From the NCBI GenBank assembly GCA_044892525.1, contig CM097885.1, forward strand, positions 10,294,001 to 10,358,000: DNA of 64,000 nt. The letters run 5' to 3'. Shown here piece after piece: positions 1 to 14,789 of the stretch (the stretch's first letter is position 1; the number at the start of each line of letters is the position of its first letter). Made by a program: the position numbers and the translations under genes. A model generated the notes under the pieces. That model made no database searches and had not been told where the DNA came from. It saw nothing but the letters and a program-made list of their open reading frames with translations. The DNA comes from Schmidtea polychroa (taxonomy: Eukaryota).

Positions 1-72
1 CCTGGAGAATTGGCAAAACACGCTGTCAGTGAAGGTACTAAGGCAGTTACTAAATATACCGGATCTAAGTAA
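1..72 (+). CDS. H2B: Histone H2B, C-terminal end (gene begins upstream of the window)
   Basis: Frame 1 translates PGELAKHAVSEGTKAVTKYTGSK*, the conserved H2B C-terminus. Confidence 0.97.
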   Translation, partial: PGELAKHAVSEGTKAVTKYTGSK

Positions 73-112
73 ACGGTACGCATTTTTTGTAATTGAATGG
101 TGAAAGTTCAAC

Positions 113-128
113 GGTCCTCTTTAGGACC
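113..128 (+). promoter_or_regulatory. Replication-dependent histone mRNA 3' stem-loop
   Basis: GGTCCT-CTTT-AGGACC (6-bp stem, 4-nt loop) followed by ACAAA, 40 nt after the H2B stop. Confidence 0.9.
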
Positions 129-1854
129 ACAAAAAATGATTGTAGATTATATTTGTATAAAATAATTAAATTGAGATTCATAAAAGTCTTTTATTTTCAT
201 ATTCTAAATTTTGTTTTGTATAATATAAATTTAAAGATCAGTTACTTTTTATGTAATAATTCTTTTTTAAATTCCATCTCATCACTTATTACCTAATCAA
301 AAGATCGAATTTCACTTCACAATGTTTAGTGTCGCACCACCTTGACATCTTGGAAGGCAGTGAATGTGTTAGATTTGTCTTTGTTTCTACAAAGATTCAT
401 TTTACATCTTATTTTCATGATTACAAATCACCCTTGTAAAAGGTAAAGCAGCCAGATCTGTGGCTCTAACTAATAGAGGAAGATTAGGAATCGGTGGATC
501 AAAGGCCTATATATTGACGATTAATAAAGTTCAAGATATTGTGAGTAAACCTCAATAATAATAAACAATTAGTAACTTACAACATCTAATGTAAATCAGG
601 ACATTTTAATTATTAATAACTAACACTTCAAGAATTTGTCATTCCAATGTAAACTTAAAATTTTCGACATCGTGTAATACATCCAAATCCCATAAGTGAC
701 GTAAAATTTTAAGTGAGTAAAACTGTTTTTGTAAGAGCGGACTAAGCTGGAGTCAGTGAGGCCAATAAGTAAAAGTTTTAATCAAAGCTTTACTGACCGA
801 TGAATAAATCTTTATAGTACTATAAAATACTAGGTTCAGCGCAAACAAAGTGATAACGCTAGGCGACAAAACCTTCAAAGACGACGCAACTGATTGTTAT
901 GAATTTACGTTTGCATGTGGGGTTACAAATTGTTCTAGAATTAATCAGTTATATAAATCCCTGTCCAAGTCAATGAGGGTTAGTGAAACGTGGACATTTG
1001 AAAAAATGGATGAATGTGATAAACGATTTAGAGTTACACAATAGGAGTTAGAAAATCTTCTTTTTCAAATCTTCTTCAAGCATTTATTTTTTATAACAAT
1101 TTCAAATTGTGTCTTTCTAGCGTATTTAAACACCAAGGCATGATAATTATTAATAATGTAATTACTGGTCATACATTTAATTGATTTAATTTAATATAAT
1201 TTAATATAATATGATATAATTTAATATAGAATTTAAATATAAAAATTTAACAGAAAAAACTATTTCTACTAACTGATCTCACTTCTACCATTTAACCATA
1301 ATAATTTTATATAGGGGTTTACTAACTCCTTACAATAGGAAAAAGATTTCATTGTTCCAAACGCAAATTAATTGTGTGTATTATTTTTATGTACCTATAT
1401 GTATTCTTTTTAAGTTGTATTAAACATTTTATTTGAAAAAATTATTTGTTCTGGAACGAATCATTGAGGTTTTCATTATTTGTTATGAGTTATCTTTGAT
1501 ATACGAGTACTTTGGATTACAAGTAATGAATTAAGCTCGTTCACCGAGGTACCACTGTAGGTGGGACTAAACTGGATGAATTAAAAATTTGAATCTGTAA
1601 AATATACAAAATTAGATTAAAATAATGACATTAATTTATATCCATTTTAGTAACCAGTACCCCGTAGGGATTAAGAGCAGAATTTGGACGTGCACCGGAT
1701 GAAATCGGCTGAAAATCGCAATTTAGTTCAAGTCAGATACAGTAAAGGAATGTCAGATTCTTATCCTGCAACTCCAAGCTCACTCCATTCAAGATCAATT
1801 TGAGATATGAGCATTGAAGCTGTGAATGAAGTAATTAGGGACAGGGCAGTGACA

Positions 1855-2050
1855 GAGTAACGATGACGAGATCGCACGCAGCGTATTATCGATGGAATCA
1901 ATGAAACTATTGCCAGCAGAAATTTCCAAACAACGGACGCGTGCTGCAGAAGCGACGCTTCTCCAGAAGTTGACCAAGATATGTAAGCCTGGCAAAAAAG
2001 AATGGATTAGACGGAGGGCGCACAAGGAAACTCAAATTGCCGCAAACTAA
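1855..2050 (+). mobile_element. Possible degraded non-LTR (RTE-like) retrotransposon fragment
   Basis: GC-richer island; + frame reads ...KLTKICKPGKKEWIRRRAHKETQIAAN, reminiscent of the RTE endonuclease-RT linker; weak. Confidence 0.3.
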
Positions 2051-3096
2051 ACGTCGAAAAAGATCCTTAAGACCCTTTGCAGATCTCCCTAAATTGTCAC
2101 CGATTTTTGAATTAAATTAACCAGAAATCTCTCTTGTGGTAATACGATTGTTTGGTTAATATTGTTAAATTCGGTACTAACTCTGACTCCATGTACTCTA
2201 TATCTTAATTATTAAGATAAAAATCAACAAATACTTTACAAAAGTGCAACTCCTTTCGTTCTGCACTATTCAAAAAAAACCAAAAGCAAGTGACCCTAAA
2301 GATTCTCTTCTTACCAGTTTAATTTAACACTTCTAAGCCTTTTTTCACGAGATTGTAGTTTTCTCTCTTCGACCAACTGACTTTTGCCCAACCGTGTCGT
2401 TTATTTTTATATTGTTGTTCATGATGCTTACTCAAATAATTGACTTACCCATCGACCAAAATTTTGGAAAAAATAAATAACTGAACAGGCGCCCTCTCGC
2501 CTTTGTTCACAGGTCTCATTAAACAAATTCAAAAATAATCATCTTTATTGATTTTGAAAAGCTTAATTTCATTATCCCCTTGTTTACCGCTAGATTTTTC
2601 TACATGGTTCAGGTTTCTCACTACCTAATAAATTATTTATCTATGTTGTTAGAGTTGGTAAGAAAACCAAATAAAATGTGTATATAAAAGGAAGGCATAA
2701 AAAATATTGGTAAAATCAAATTGATAGACGAGTTTAGAAATTATAATAAAAAATATAATAAGGTGTTCACAGCGAAAGTTAATGCGAAATAATAAATTTA
2801 TTAAAATTAATTAATCTTTAATGGAAAGCCCTGGCCAATGAGAAGCCTGAGCCCATGGGAAACTCGATCATAGTGAGACCCGATCAATCAAATAAGATAT
2901 TCCAAGGGCCAATCTAGGTTAAGCAAATAAATGATTTGGAAACCCTCAAATGTTTCCCTAGGATTCATGGGAGATAATTAATCGCAATTCTGTATCAGAA
3001 GCAGTATAAAAAGACAGCTCAGAAACAGACAAGCCACCAATTGGTTGAAAAAACAAAGGAAAGCTCAAAGAATAAGGCGATGAGTGATCATAAAAA

Positions 3097-4107
3097 TGTT
3101 GGGTTATTGAGTTGGTGATAATTTTAGATGTTACTCTGACTCCAAGCGTGTCTTTATACGATTCACAAATAACACTTGACAACAGAAATCTTTATTGATA
3201 ATTACAAATAAACTTTCAATTTACACTGACAATAAATTCAACACTCTGCTTGGTCACTATACAATGCTTATTACAACACTCAGTGAGGAATAGCACTTGT
3301 GTATAACAGCGGATTAAAAGATCACAAATAACTGATATGTTTATCAACTGGGACTTTATGCTGGTTGTTTTCTTTGACCTTCTTCACAAGTTTATTCAAA
3401 TAATCAAATAACTTCTTTTCGTTTAATTTTTTCAACAAATTATTTTATTAAAATCTTCTTCAATAAGTTTTTTTTAACAATCATTTTCTTTACAATTCTT
3501 TTTCACAATCGTTTCTCCAACAACGTTTCGTCCGAAGTTGTCTAATTTTCGCCAATAATTTTAATTCAAATTGTCTCTCAAATTATTTCACAAATAATTT
3601 CTCAAATCGTCTCACAAATTATCTCTCACTTCTCCAACTTTTTGTTCTAATTTCGTGTCCACACGTTTTCCTTTATATAGTTTGCTTCTCTTGTGGCACT
3701 CCAGATAATCAAGTGTTTTTCCATTTTCTTTCTCCTGCTTTCCCCGACTGTTCCATTTTTCTCTCTGACGGCTATCAAGTTATTTTCCCTTTTCCTTTTT
3801 TGTTTGACCTTCTTCTCCCATCAATTACGTTATCACTGGCAGGCTGTCGAGATAAGGATATTGTTGTTTTCCTTTTTCCCCGATTTCAAAATTCCCTTTC
3901 CTTTTTGTACTAATTAATTAGTACTGACCTTGGATTTTATTTTCCTGTTTGATTCCTTTTATTTCCTATATCTTTCTCATTTTTTAATTTCTTTTTACTT
4001 CCGTTTTCTTTTCTAAGTTCCCATAGATCGTCCCATTTGTCATGGTGAGCTTCCCCCATGTAATTTTATGCATTTCATTATAAATTGTTATTTAGGTATC
4101 CTCAACA
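3097..4107 (-). mobile_element. Probable solo LTR (~1 kb)
   Basis: TGTTGG...TCAACA short inverted termini, AAAA on both flanks, TATA-like (~3673) and AATAAA (~3191) motifs on the minus strand; related sequence near 2136-2510. Confidence 0.5.
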
Positions 4108-5559
4108 AAAAGAAAGATAGGAATTCAAAAAAAGTTGAAAAGATGATTGCCCCTTGAATTATCTACCCCATCGAGTGATAATTATATTGAACGAAATATA
4201 GTGACAAATTGTAATTTGATTGAAATTAAATAAAGTTATTCTGTGGTGGGTTTCGATTTATCTGTTTGAATAAGAACACGAGAATCCAAAGAGAGAACCG
4301 ACGCTAGAAACATAACCCAACAATTTTTAATTAATTTGTATTTATTGAATGTCATTTTCTGGTAACACCCCATTGGTTTCATATTAGTATATCTGTGTTC
4401 TTCTCAACGTTCGCTATAGGTACATGCGTACATATGGAATACGTCATTTTGATTTTTTTTATTGCTTTTAGCGTTTTATCAATTTGTACATTTAATGTTT
4501 TGAACATTCAAACTTATTTTGAATTAATTTTTACGAACCTCAACACAACCAATAATCGTTTTATCCATTTTATTTTTTATTTATTTTAAATTTAATTTCT
4601 TGTTTCACAGCCGACAGCTCTCCAAGAAAGAATCATATGTTATTCTAAACCTTGTTGATGGTTATGATTTACTCGTGTTTTACTTATCTTAAATTAATTA
4701 TGTTTTTTGTTTGTATTAGTTTCGAATCACTAAAATAAATCGAAAATTCCAAGGTCGGAGCCTAAAAATTATTATAATAACTATTATAAAAACCATACTG
4801 TAACCTATTTACATTGTGATATCAATAAATAAAAATATAAAATTTTTTTATAATTTCTTAAAAATAAAACTTTAAAAATAGAAATAATTCTTAATTACAC
4901 TAAATAAATACATTATTAAAAAGAAAATCATTTTCAACAATTCGAAATATTTGTTTAAAATTATCAATTACAAAATCAAATATAAGAAATGTAATTTGAA
5001 CTTGATATCATTTAGTTGATTTCAGCTAGTAAATAGTCAAATAAAATAAAGATGCCGGATAAAATAATCATTGTAATTTAATTATCCACTCAATGAAAAA
5101 TCAGTTTTCAAAATTTACAGAAATCATACTGATGGTTTACATGCTATTCAATTTTTGTGATAATAATCTCATTCCCAAAATGGAAATACCCTACAAAAGT
5201 GAGTTTAATGTTAATAAATTTATTAATATAGTTAATTTTATTAAATTTTCTTGCTAATTAATTCTGATTATTTATAAATCGTTTTCAATTTATTTGTCTA
5301 GTTTTATTAAGTGTTTTTCTACTGTTTGGGTGGTACTTTTTTCAGTTCTGCTTATTTAATATCTCACTGACAATCGTATTACTTTAATTATTCTTGTATT
5401 TTTAGTCAAAATTTTATGATGATTTAAAAAGTAACAAAATGTACTTTGAAAATGAATCTAGATAAAATATTAAAGAATATTATTTTTACATGAAATATGA
5501 ATGAAGAAAATAGCTTTTGATTCTTAAAGTAAAAAATGTAATTCAAAATATAAAAATAT

Positions 5560-6850
5560 AAAATATAAAAAAAAAAAAAAATTAATGAAAAATTTCGAGC
5601 CTTTAAACAAATTTATTAATTCGGCAATATCGGAATTAATATTTATCATCGCCAGACCATTTGCACAATCCAGGACCATTGTTGATCTAAAATAATTTTT
5701 TATACGTTTGAGTATGCTGAAACTTCTTTTTGCCTCTGCTACACTAACTATAAACATTTTTTTTGTATATATATTTTTTGCATATATATTCAGAAAACCC
5801 ATTTTAACTATATATTTTAAAAGCTCGCACTCTTTCGTACAGCCTTCAAAATTGTTTTAATATACTCTTTGAAAAAATTGAAATTCTTCAATATTTATTA
5901 ATGATTCAATGATCTCGTTAAAAATGTGATTGTGAAACTTTACTTCTGCATATACTTGATCTTTTATTCGGTGATTTGTCGCAAATTCTGTAACAATTCA
6001 TAGGTGCTGCTAATTGCGTTGACTCGGAAAGAAACGAAGCCCATGCATTTTTAATTTCCTTGATATCTTCAAAGAGATTGTCAATTTTAATTTCCGCTCT
6101 TGGAGAATTAGATTTATTTAATGCAATAAAACCAGAACCTTCATCTAAATTGTAGATATTAGTACACATTCAAATGATGACAAATATTTTTAAAACCATT
6201 TAGCCTCAACCCGAAGACTAGGTAGCTTAAATTTGTTGATGACTGATAATAAGGATTTTAAATGAAAAGCAAGTGGCTTAAGAGCATCTAGGTTATGAAA
6301 TGTTGTGTAAATAAATTTTTTTTCTTTAAAACCTCCCATCTCTATCATACGATTCTCCAGTTGGAAGGTTCTTTGAAAGTAAACAATATGTAAATCCATG
6401 GTTCGTTGCGTCTTTTGAAATATTTTTTGGGATTTCAAACCGAATAATTTTCATAAATAATTTCATTTGCGCCTGATTATTTTTATCGAGCATTCTAATA
6501 TCTGTACACATTAATATTTCAGTATTCAATAGATTTACTTCAATTCCACTTTCCGTTTGCACGTTCCTCAAATGATCATTTTCATCTGGTAATTCTCTTA
6601 CACTGTGGTTACAATCTCAATGCTCTCAACGGTATTTTCATCCACTTGCTCTATTTTGCTAACCATATCGCTTACTGCAGTTTCAACTGTGGATTTTTCT
6701 TTATTAAATATTGAAAGTCTTTCTGCTTGATTTGATGAATCCTTTATTAAAAAAATGTGAAATCGGTTTTAAACTTTTAATTGCTGACTTCTTAAGTTTT
6801 TTCTTTTTTTGGCGTCACTTTCAAAAGTTCTCTTCGTCTTTTAATTACCA
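5560..6850 (-). mobile_element. Degenerate hAT transposase (ZMYM1-like)
   Basis: ORF 5524..5802 has the hAT dimerisation motif SVAEAKRSFSILKRIKNYFRSTM...NGLAMINI; further broken ORFs upstream. Confidence 0.8.
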
Positions 6851-7656
6851 ACCTTGTTTATTTATTTTTATTTATTACAATAATCAAAGACAGACTACTA
6901 AATATTTAATAAACTTTTATTATACATATTTGAACTCATGTAATAACTCAAAGCCTACTATTTTATATAAAAATTTGAAAATCTGAATTTTAAGGTTTTT
7001 ATTGCTCTACGTAAGTGTGAAATAAACTTGTTAATCGTTTTGTGTAGTTTCAAATAGTGTTTTTTAGAGGCCCTGGTCAAATTACCCTCGTGACTGTCCC
7101 CTCTTCTTGGACCAGGTAATGTAGACAGTTCATACAAGTATTCATAAATCACTCATAAATCTTAAATATGAGGGCTCTGGGAGCAATATGTTTGGAATTT
7201 GTTTACCTGTGTCACCAAAAGTTACTAAAATACTCTTTTCTGAATATAAACGATTTAGGTATTGTGTAGAACATAAATATGTCTCGGTATTGCCTTGTTC
7301 TGAGAGTTACACTTTATGTTGTTTTTTCAGTTCTAATTTTAAAATTATGAAATATATCCTCAGAAACGTTGTGAAGCATAAGTGAAAGCATTGTTAAGTA
7401 TTAAATTCAATATTCAAAATACTCTTACAACAAATATTGTCATATACTTACTGAATAAGACATTTAACACATTAAGGCAAATTTTTATTGCTTCTGATTC
7501 AGAACTGACAGCAACAACTCGAATCAAATAATCTTTTGCAGCGTCTCGTAACCATTGTGATTTTGACTGAAGTTGAACAGAAAACACTTTCTATAATTCG
7601 TTACTTTATGAACTAACACCCAAGTTGTTAATGGAGTTTTGAACAATTTTAATTTT

Positions 7657-8570
7657 CCATGAGACTCAAACTCAAAAGGCACTAAGGGCCGCATAAGGTA
7701 TTTTGAGTACGCCGCAGGCCACCTATAAAAGCTTAAGAAGCACTGTAACATTTTGTATTATATTTAATTAATTTGCATACTTAGTACAACTGCTAGATAA
7801 AGCTATTGCCTCATAACGCTAAATTTAATTATTCTGATTGAAATTTTGAAATATGGGATGAAAAACAAATAACAATTTATATAATCAAAAAAACAATTTA
7901 TTTATTTCAAATACAATTATTTTTGCCCTGAGGTTTCATGCCTCTTTTTCATAACAATTGTTTTTATATTCGGCTTAAATGTATTTGTCGTTCCCGTCTT
8001 CATTAAGGATAACAAATGTTTATCATTAAGCTATGTTCTTTGGTATGTTTTGGTTAATTTAATAAATGAAAATAACTGTTCGCACAAATAAATGGAACCG
8101 AACATTGCCATAATTTTTATGGACACTTTTTTTAAGTTTGATAATTTTTGGGGAAGTATAAATAAAAACCAGGTATCTCCACTTCTAGATACTTAGCTCT
8201 GAGCGTATAATCTGATTGTATTTCAATTAACTCTATCTGCTAGTTTTCTTCTGCTTTTATAACGTCAAAGTTGAATGTTACCGAGAATAATGAAGATTGT
8301 TCATCCGAAGATGATAAATCACTAAATCTATTCTGAAATTCTTCCAACAACAAACCCAGGTAAAGGTAAATATGGATTCAGTATTGACATTATTTTTGAG
8401 TTCTTAGGAAAAATTACCAAATTTTTATGTGATAACCGTGTCTTCCATAAGTTTAGTTTTGCAATGAGATATTTGATATCATCGTATAACTGAGTGATAA
8501 GTTTGTTTTTGCCTTGTAATTTCAAATTAAGATCACTTAAATGTGCAGTAAATGGACCCAACTTTCATCC
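7657..8570 (-). mobile_element. Degenerate hAT (SPIN/Charlie, GTF2IRD2-like) transposase 3' part
   Basis: HLSDLNLKLQGKNKLITQLYDDI...KLNLWK (8328..8561) and FGSIYLCEQLFS (~8065-8105); hAT-like terminus CTCAAACTC...GGGCCGCAT near 7660-7695. Confidence 0.8.
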
Positions 8571-9948
8571 TATATTTCATCCGTGTTTGGTTGTTTGTCA
8601 TCGCAGACTCAGATCCATCACTGCTATCGTGAATTAGCAATTCGATTTTGCTTTCAGGTAACACATCATAATGTTCAGTTCAATTATATCCACTCTTCAA
8701 GAAATATCATAAAACATTTTGAAAGTATCATTAGTTTCGGTTGTCATATAAATCTCTTCAAAGAGCAAGAAAGGTGAGCAAATAACAAATTCGCTCTGTT
8801 CAACAATCTTTGATCTTTTCCAATCGTCAAATTCTTCATATTCCGAATTCCGTTCAAACATTCATTTTTTAAACTGCAAGTCGCTTTTAAATAAACTTTT
8901 TAAACGTCAAAAACTTTTATTTACCAATAACAATAAAAAATACAATTTTTAAAAATTCACCTTTTAAACAACTTCCAAATCAAAACAAAAATGTCCAAAA
9001 TCCAAAATTCGATGTCGAATCCAAAAAATTAAAAATAACAAATTCCATAAAAACATTGTTCCCGTCTGTGTTTGCACACATAAAACATCCAAATTCAGAA
9101 CAAAACGCACACAAACGCGACAATTAAACTTAGGATTGACCACCTGTTTTTAATCTTTAATTTCCAAAAATAAAATGATTTCTTGTCTTAGCAAATAGAA
9201 TCCCATCGAGAAAAACAACTTTGATTCCGGCAATACTATTATAATTCCAAAAGTCTATTATTATTACTATCAATTATTCAAATTCCATTATTACAGTGTA
9301 CCACTATCCAGTAGGTACCCACAGGCCGCGAGTTTGACATGCCTCGTCTACTCAATTAAATTTTAAGAATTTTGATTAATTAATTGGTTTAATTTTCATT
9401 ACACACTACTACATAATCTTAATTTATAGTAATTATATCAAATATTTTTTTGCACATTAAAGAAAATATAAAAATTTACGTAGCACACTTAAAAGTACAT
9501 GTACATTGTTTTTATCTCATCACTATCTAATAATATTCTATTTCTAATACTAAATGCCTAATAATACTTCAGTGACCATGAGCTAGTCTAATTCTAATAA
9601 TTTTAATAATCTAATTACTTTTGATTATTTAATTAATTATTTAATTCATTTTGATCACTTTAGTTTAGTCCAAAGAAAACAAATAAAATATTTATCAACT
9701 TAACAAATTTAATTATTAAAAAACGTAATTCATTTGTAGAGTTTTGAATTATTATTAATTAATACTTAATTAAAGTTCTTTCATTATTCACTTGCAAAGT
9801 TCTAGCAACACAGAGGTTGGGGGGAATCACTGATTTATTGTATAAATAGAATTTCATTTCCAGAATTCGAGAATCGTTAATAATTATATTTCCATGATTA
9901 TTATTGTAATTTTATAAAAATATATTGATTTTTTAAATAATTTTTAAG

Positions 9949-10030
9949 TAAATTCTAACTCTATTGAATATACTGGTGGATTGTTGACAGTAATTGGGAT
10001 GAACGAAGAAAACGTTCACGTTGGTGCAAA
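9949..10030 (+). CDS. Possible isolated coding exon, product unknown
   Basis: AG acceptor and GTAAGT donor flank an open frame NSNSIEYTGGLLTVIGMNEENVHVGA; no family recognised. Confidence 0.3.
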
Positions 10031-10481
10031 GTAAGTGAGACTCATTATATTCAACAGTAATTCGATTATTAAAATTTAATTATTTCGAAATTAGAAAGTA
10101 ATTTATTCACAAGAATTCCTCATATGTCTTCATTCACGCAAGACTAAATAAAATCTCTGCTTGATTATTTATCATTTCATAAACGATGTTCAAATGTAAT
10201 TTTAATGACATTTTTAATATATTTTTAACATATAACGGTAAAGAAAAGTAGGAGAGTTTTTCTCTCATTGTTCCAGGGTGACTTATCTTCAATGTCACAT
10301 TTACATTTTCTGAGGGCATTTGTTTGGATTTGAATTATATTTTTTATACAATAAATTAATTTTGATTTTAATTAATATTTGCTAAATAAAAATTACAATT
10401 AATATTAAAATTAACATGCCATAAATACTCGTGTTAAATAAAAGTATTGAAGGTTTTTAATTTTTTAATTTCGAGTAAAAT

Positions 10482-10749
10482 CCTTGAAAATCGTAAAAAA
10501 ATCATAAAATTTGAGTTGACCTACATAATTGTTGAGTTGACCTACATAATTTTTAATAAAAAAGTTTCTTATTATTTGAGTTGATCTACATAAAAAATCT
10601 AAAAAATATTGAGAAATCTTGAAAATCGTAAAAAACCATAAAATTTGAGTTGACCTACATAATTGTTGAGTTGACCTACATAATTTTTAATAAAAAAGTT
10701 TCTTATTATTTGAGTTGATCTACATAAAAAATCTAAAAAATATTGAGAA
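10482..10749. repeat. Tandem duplication, unit ~134 bp, with internal TTGAGTTGACCTACATAA sub-repeats
   Basis: Two near-identical adjacent copies. Confidence 0.9.
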
Positions 10750-11780
10750 AATCGTAAAAAACGATAATTCGTGGCAAATGTATCAAAATATTATTGTAAA
10801 TAATCGTGTTCATTATATCTGATTGTATTTTAGTCACTAATAGAAAAAATCCTTAATTTTTTTTTCATTTTATTATTCTATTTTTTTTCATTACGATTTT
10901 TATCTCAAAATTCATTTCCCCGCTTAACATAAATATTATTTTATTATTACACGGGAACAACATGCCATGAACATGACTCCGAATATGGCAACCAAGGCTT
11001 GATTATATATTTGATATTAAGGAAACGTGGAAAATTCAACCATATAAGGTCAAACACCATTTAAAACAAACAGAAAATCAGAAAATTATGATATAATAAA
11101 AACAAAATAGAAAAATAGAAATAAAAACATTTAATAACTTGTAAGAAAACAAAAATATGATCACTTTAAAATAGAAAATGTGAACAAATTAAAATTAAAC
11201 CAAAAAATGTCGAAAAGCTACAAGAAAGCGATTTAATTAAAAATTTAAATAAAGAATCTTATTCGAGATAAAATCTAATTTTTAATTAAAACAAAAACAT
11301 TAAAAATAAATTAAATAAAAATTAATAAGGCACTAAAAGACTTTAAAAATTTACACATCTTGTTTTATTGAATCAAAAGAAAATACACAAAATCTATTAA
11401 ATAAAATCGCACTGGATTGAATAAAAGCATTTATACTCTACTCCAATGATACTCAACCTTTTTTCTTCGGGCTACAAACCTATATTTGTAAAGTTACGCT
11501 GGTATGACAAAAAAATCATGAAACATTTTTGAGATTTTAAAAATTATAAACTAAAACAAAACATGGTTGCTCTACTCTATATTCAGCACACTATATATTT
11601 TACTCTATACATTTTACCTCATTCAAATATTTTTTTCACATGTGTTTTCAGGGCAGAAGATTAATAGATACCATAATGTGGTATAGGAGAGTATTAATTG
11701 ATAAATAAATTCCACTTATTTATTTTTAATATTTTCCTTTTAATTTTATTTTCATCATCAACACGAGGTATGAATTAGAG

Positions 11781-12003
11781 CAGTGTTTTTCAATGTGTGC
11801 TCCACGGAGCTCAATGGCTCTTCGGAAAGTTCCAAAGGGTTCCTTAAAATTTTACAATTTCTAAACTGTTTGATGTAACTACTCAAAATAAATGTATGTG
11901 GTGTGAATATCTTTTATTCTAAACTCATTTTTAATATTGAGGCTCCGCATTTGCGAAGAATATAAAATAGTGCTCCGCTGCTAAAAAGGATTGAAAACCT
12001 CTG
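11781..12003. mobile_element. hAT-type MITE
   Basis: TIRs CAGTGTTTTTCAAT / ATTGAAAACCTCTG; 8-bp TSD AATTAGAG/AATCAGAG. Confidence 0.8.
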
Positions 12004-14789
12004 AATCAGAGACTCACGAGATTTTCATTAAAAAAGACAATGATAATAATCAAAGTTGAACAACAACCAAGCGTATCTATTAAATCTCAGAGCCGATGGA
12101 TATGATCAGAATAGTCTCGACGAAATTGTATTTGTTATTGGACATAAACTTACACAGATTTCCATCTATTCATTCTTCGCCCGCTGTATTATGTGATAAT
12201 AATTGAAAATTATCAAAAGTTCCTTGAAATCATAATGTTGGGGTTCTTAAATTTAAAATTTCCAAATATTTAAAAAGGCATATTGAAAATTGAAAATTAA
12301 GAAATCATTGAATTAAAATTTGAAAAACCGGTCAGATGTAAATGAGATGATGGGAAAGATCATGGCGAGAACGGATTCATCAAAATATGTTCATAAAAGT
12401 TCGAAATACAAGAAAACCTACAAAAACAGAAAATAGTTAATTAATTAATTAATTAATTAAAGAAAACACGAGTTTAGTAAACAGAAAGTAAACAAAGTGG
12501 ATTCTGGAAAACTATTATCATGACAACATGAGTAATAGGAAAAAGTGGAAAAGATTGCCACAAGAGAGACACACGATGGGACAATTAATTATTTCTTCCG
12601 AAGGAGAAAAGATGAAAAGGGCTGCGAGGCAAAGCTTATCAAAGCCAGACGATCTAGTTGAAATACCATTTATAAAGGCGATTATTTCAACTATTTAAAG
12701 GAGCTCAAATTCAGAAACAATTGGCATTTTGCCTCAGGTAGTGACGAAGAAATCGACATTAGGACTAAAAACGAAATATTAATGATAGAAATAGCGGAAA
12801 ATAAAATAAAAGAATCAAGTTAAGTCAAAGGAGAAAAGAGCTAATTATTGTTGCAGAACGTGCAGAAAACAACGGTTACAGCGAGACATATTGAAAAGTC
12901 AGAATAGACATTTTATTGCGATATTCGGAGTCTAGTAAATTGTAGATTATACAAATTTGAATACAAATATACGTTGAGTGTTGTTTATCTAATTAATTTT
13001 ATAGAACAAGTGGAGTCAGAAACACAGATATTAATATTTATTTAATTAAAAACTCCATAATACTATCATTTTCTAATGATTTATGATAAATGTTAGGGGC
13101 CCTCTAACAGTAAAAACTAAATCCACATAAAATTAATTACATTTATAAAAAGGTATGTGTGTCGTGTATATCATTGTAGAAAATGATATTATGTAATGAA
13201 ATACCACGTAATGTGATCCTGACGATTATCCAGTTCATGGAGTACATTAATATATACAAATTAAACTAAATTATTTATATTCGTAACCATTTCAAATAAT
13301 TCATTGTATAAAAGTAATTTTTTGAGAAAATATTACCTAAGAGCAAGTAAATAAAATTTAATATCAATTAATTTTATATTTTATTATTATATAGCTCTAA
13401 GTACATGCGAATATTTTCTTTATTCGTTACAACCAATTTGTTTAAATAACTGAACAAATAGTTCTGAATTTAAATTTAAATAAATAATAATTAACTAATA
13501 TATTTATTTAATACATCCAGGGCTGGATCTATTATTAGGTCAACAGAGGCCATGGGGCGCTTCAATTTAGTAAATAAGAAAAAGATACTGGTTTAATGTA
13601 TACGAACAATTTATAAAAAATCTTTTTGGAAATTTGCAAAATAAAAATCTCATTAGAAACTCTAATATTTTTTTAGAAAAATGAGTTATTTCCTATTCAA
13701 ACTATCAACTTATCGGCTAGTGGATTCTGTAAATATTAATATTATTACTATTATCGTCAGATTACTTACATACACGAAGGATAAATTATAATTTATAAAC
13801 CAATTATCTATAAGTTTTTAATTATAAATACTAATTTAAAATAATTATTTTCAAAAAAATAATCAAAAATAAATTTTAAAATATTACTTTAAAATTAATA
13901 AATTTTAAATAATTATTTTAAAACAAACACTCTTTTTTATTTTTAAAAATTCTTTAAAAAAATATTATAATTATTTTTTAGCATAACTATTATTATTCAA
14001 TATACATCAATATACAAAAACTTAGTAAAAAACATTCAAAAACACATATTCAACGCATTCTGCACATTGATTTTCGGATTAAAAGTTATAATCAATGATG
14101 CTTCAGGTATCACATACTCAAAACAATTATCAAAGTTTTTTAATAGGATTTTTAAATCAAAAATTCCTAATTTTTTCATACAACCTTTATTGTGTTCTTG
14201 CACTCGAGTCCAGAGATGACCGCAAGTCTGTCCAATTAATTGATTATTAATTATTTTTTGTTTTTTCTATATAAGAATGGAGAAGAAAATAGCGCATTTC
14301 AAAATAAAAAACCTAGCCAAAGAAAAACAAGAAAAAATCCAGAAAGTAATTGAAAAAACCAGTAAAATAGACTCCTTTCTTATAAAATTAAAATAACATC
14401 AATTAAAATAAAATTATAAAATTTTTTTTTAACATTTCTTTTGAGATGGGGCGCAATAATATAATTTGCCTCAGAGCGCCAGTGAGCCACATCTGACATT
14501 GAATACATTATATTAACAATTATTAATTTGTGCATTATAGTAGAACGAATTTCGCCTTTTAATTGATCTTGGATTAAATAATAAAATACTATTTTTAAAG
14601 AATTTATTACGAGTAATGTGAAGGAAGTTCCCACAAAATTGTCAAATGAAAGAAACATTACTGTAAGGCACGAACAACTCTATAAAATTCTACAAGGTGG
14701 TTGGCTTGCCTTCATCGCCTTCTAACAACTGCATCCTTGTGGCCACAGTGCTTACGTCACCACTGAATGAATTTTCGACAAAAACAACA

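Noticed and set aside
850..1044. 64-aa ORF downstream of CCAAT and TATAAAA motifs
   Set aside because: GTG start, no recognisable homology and no splice support
12300..12900. Possible Gypsy pol remnant
   Set aside because: Purine-rich with faint similarity only; no motif could be read with confidence
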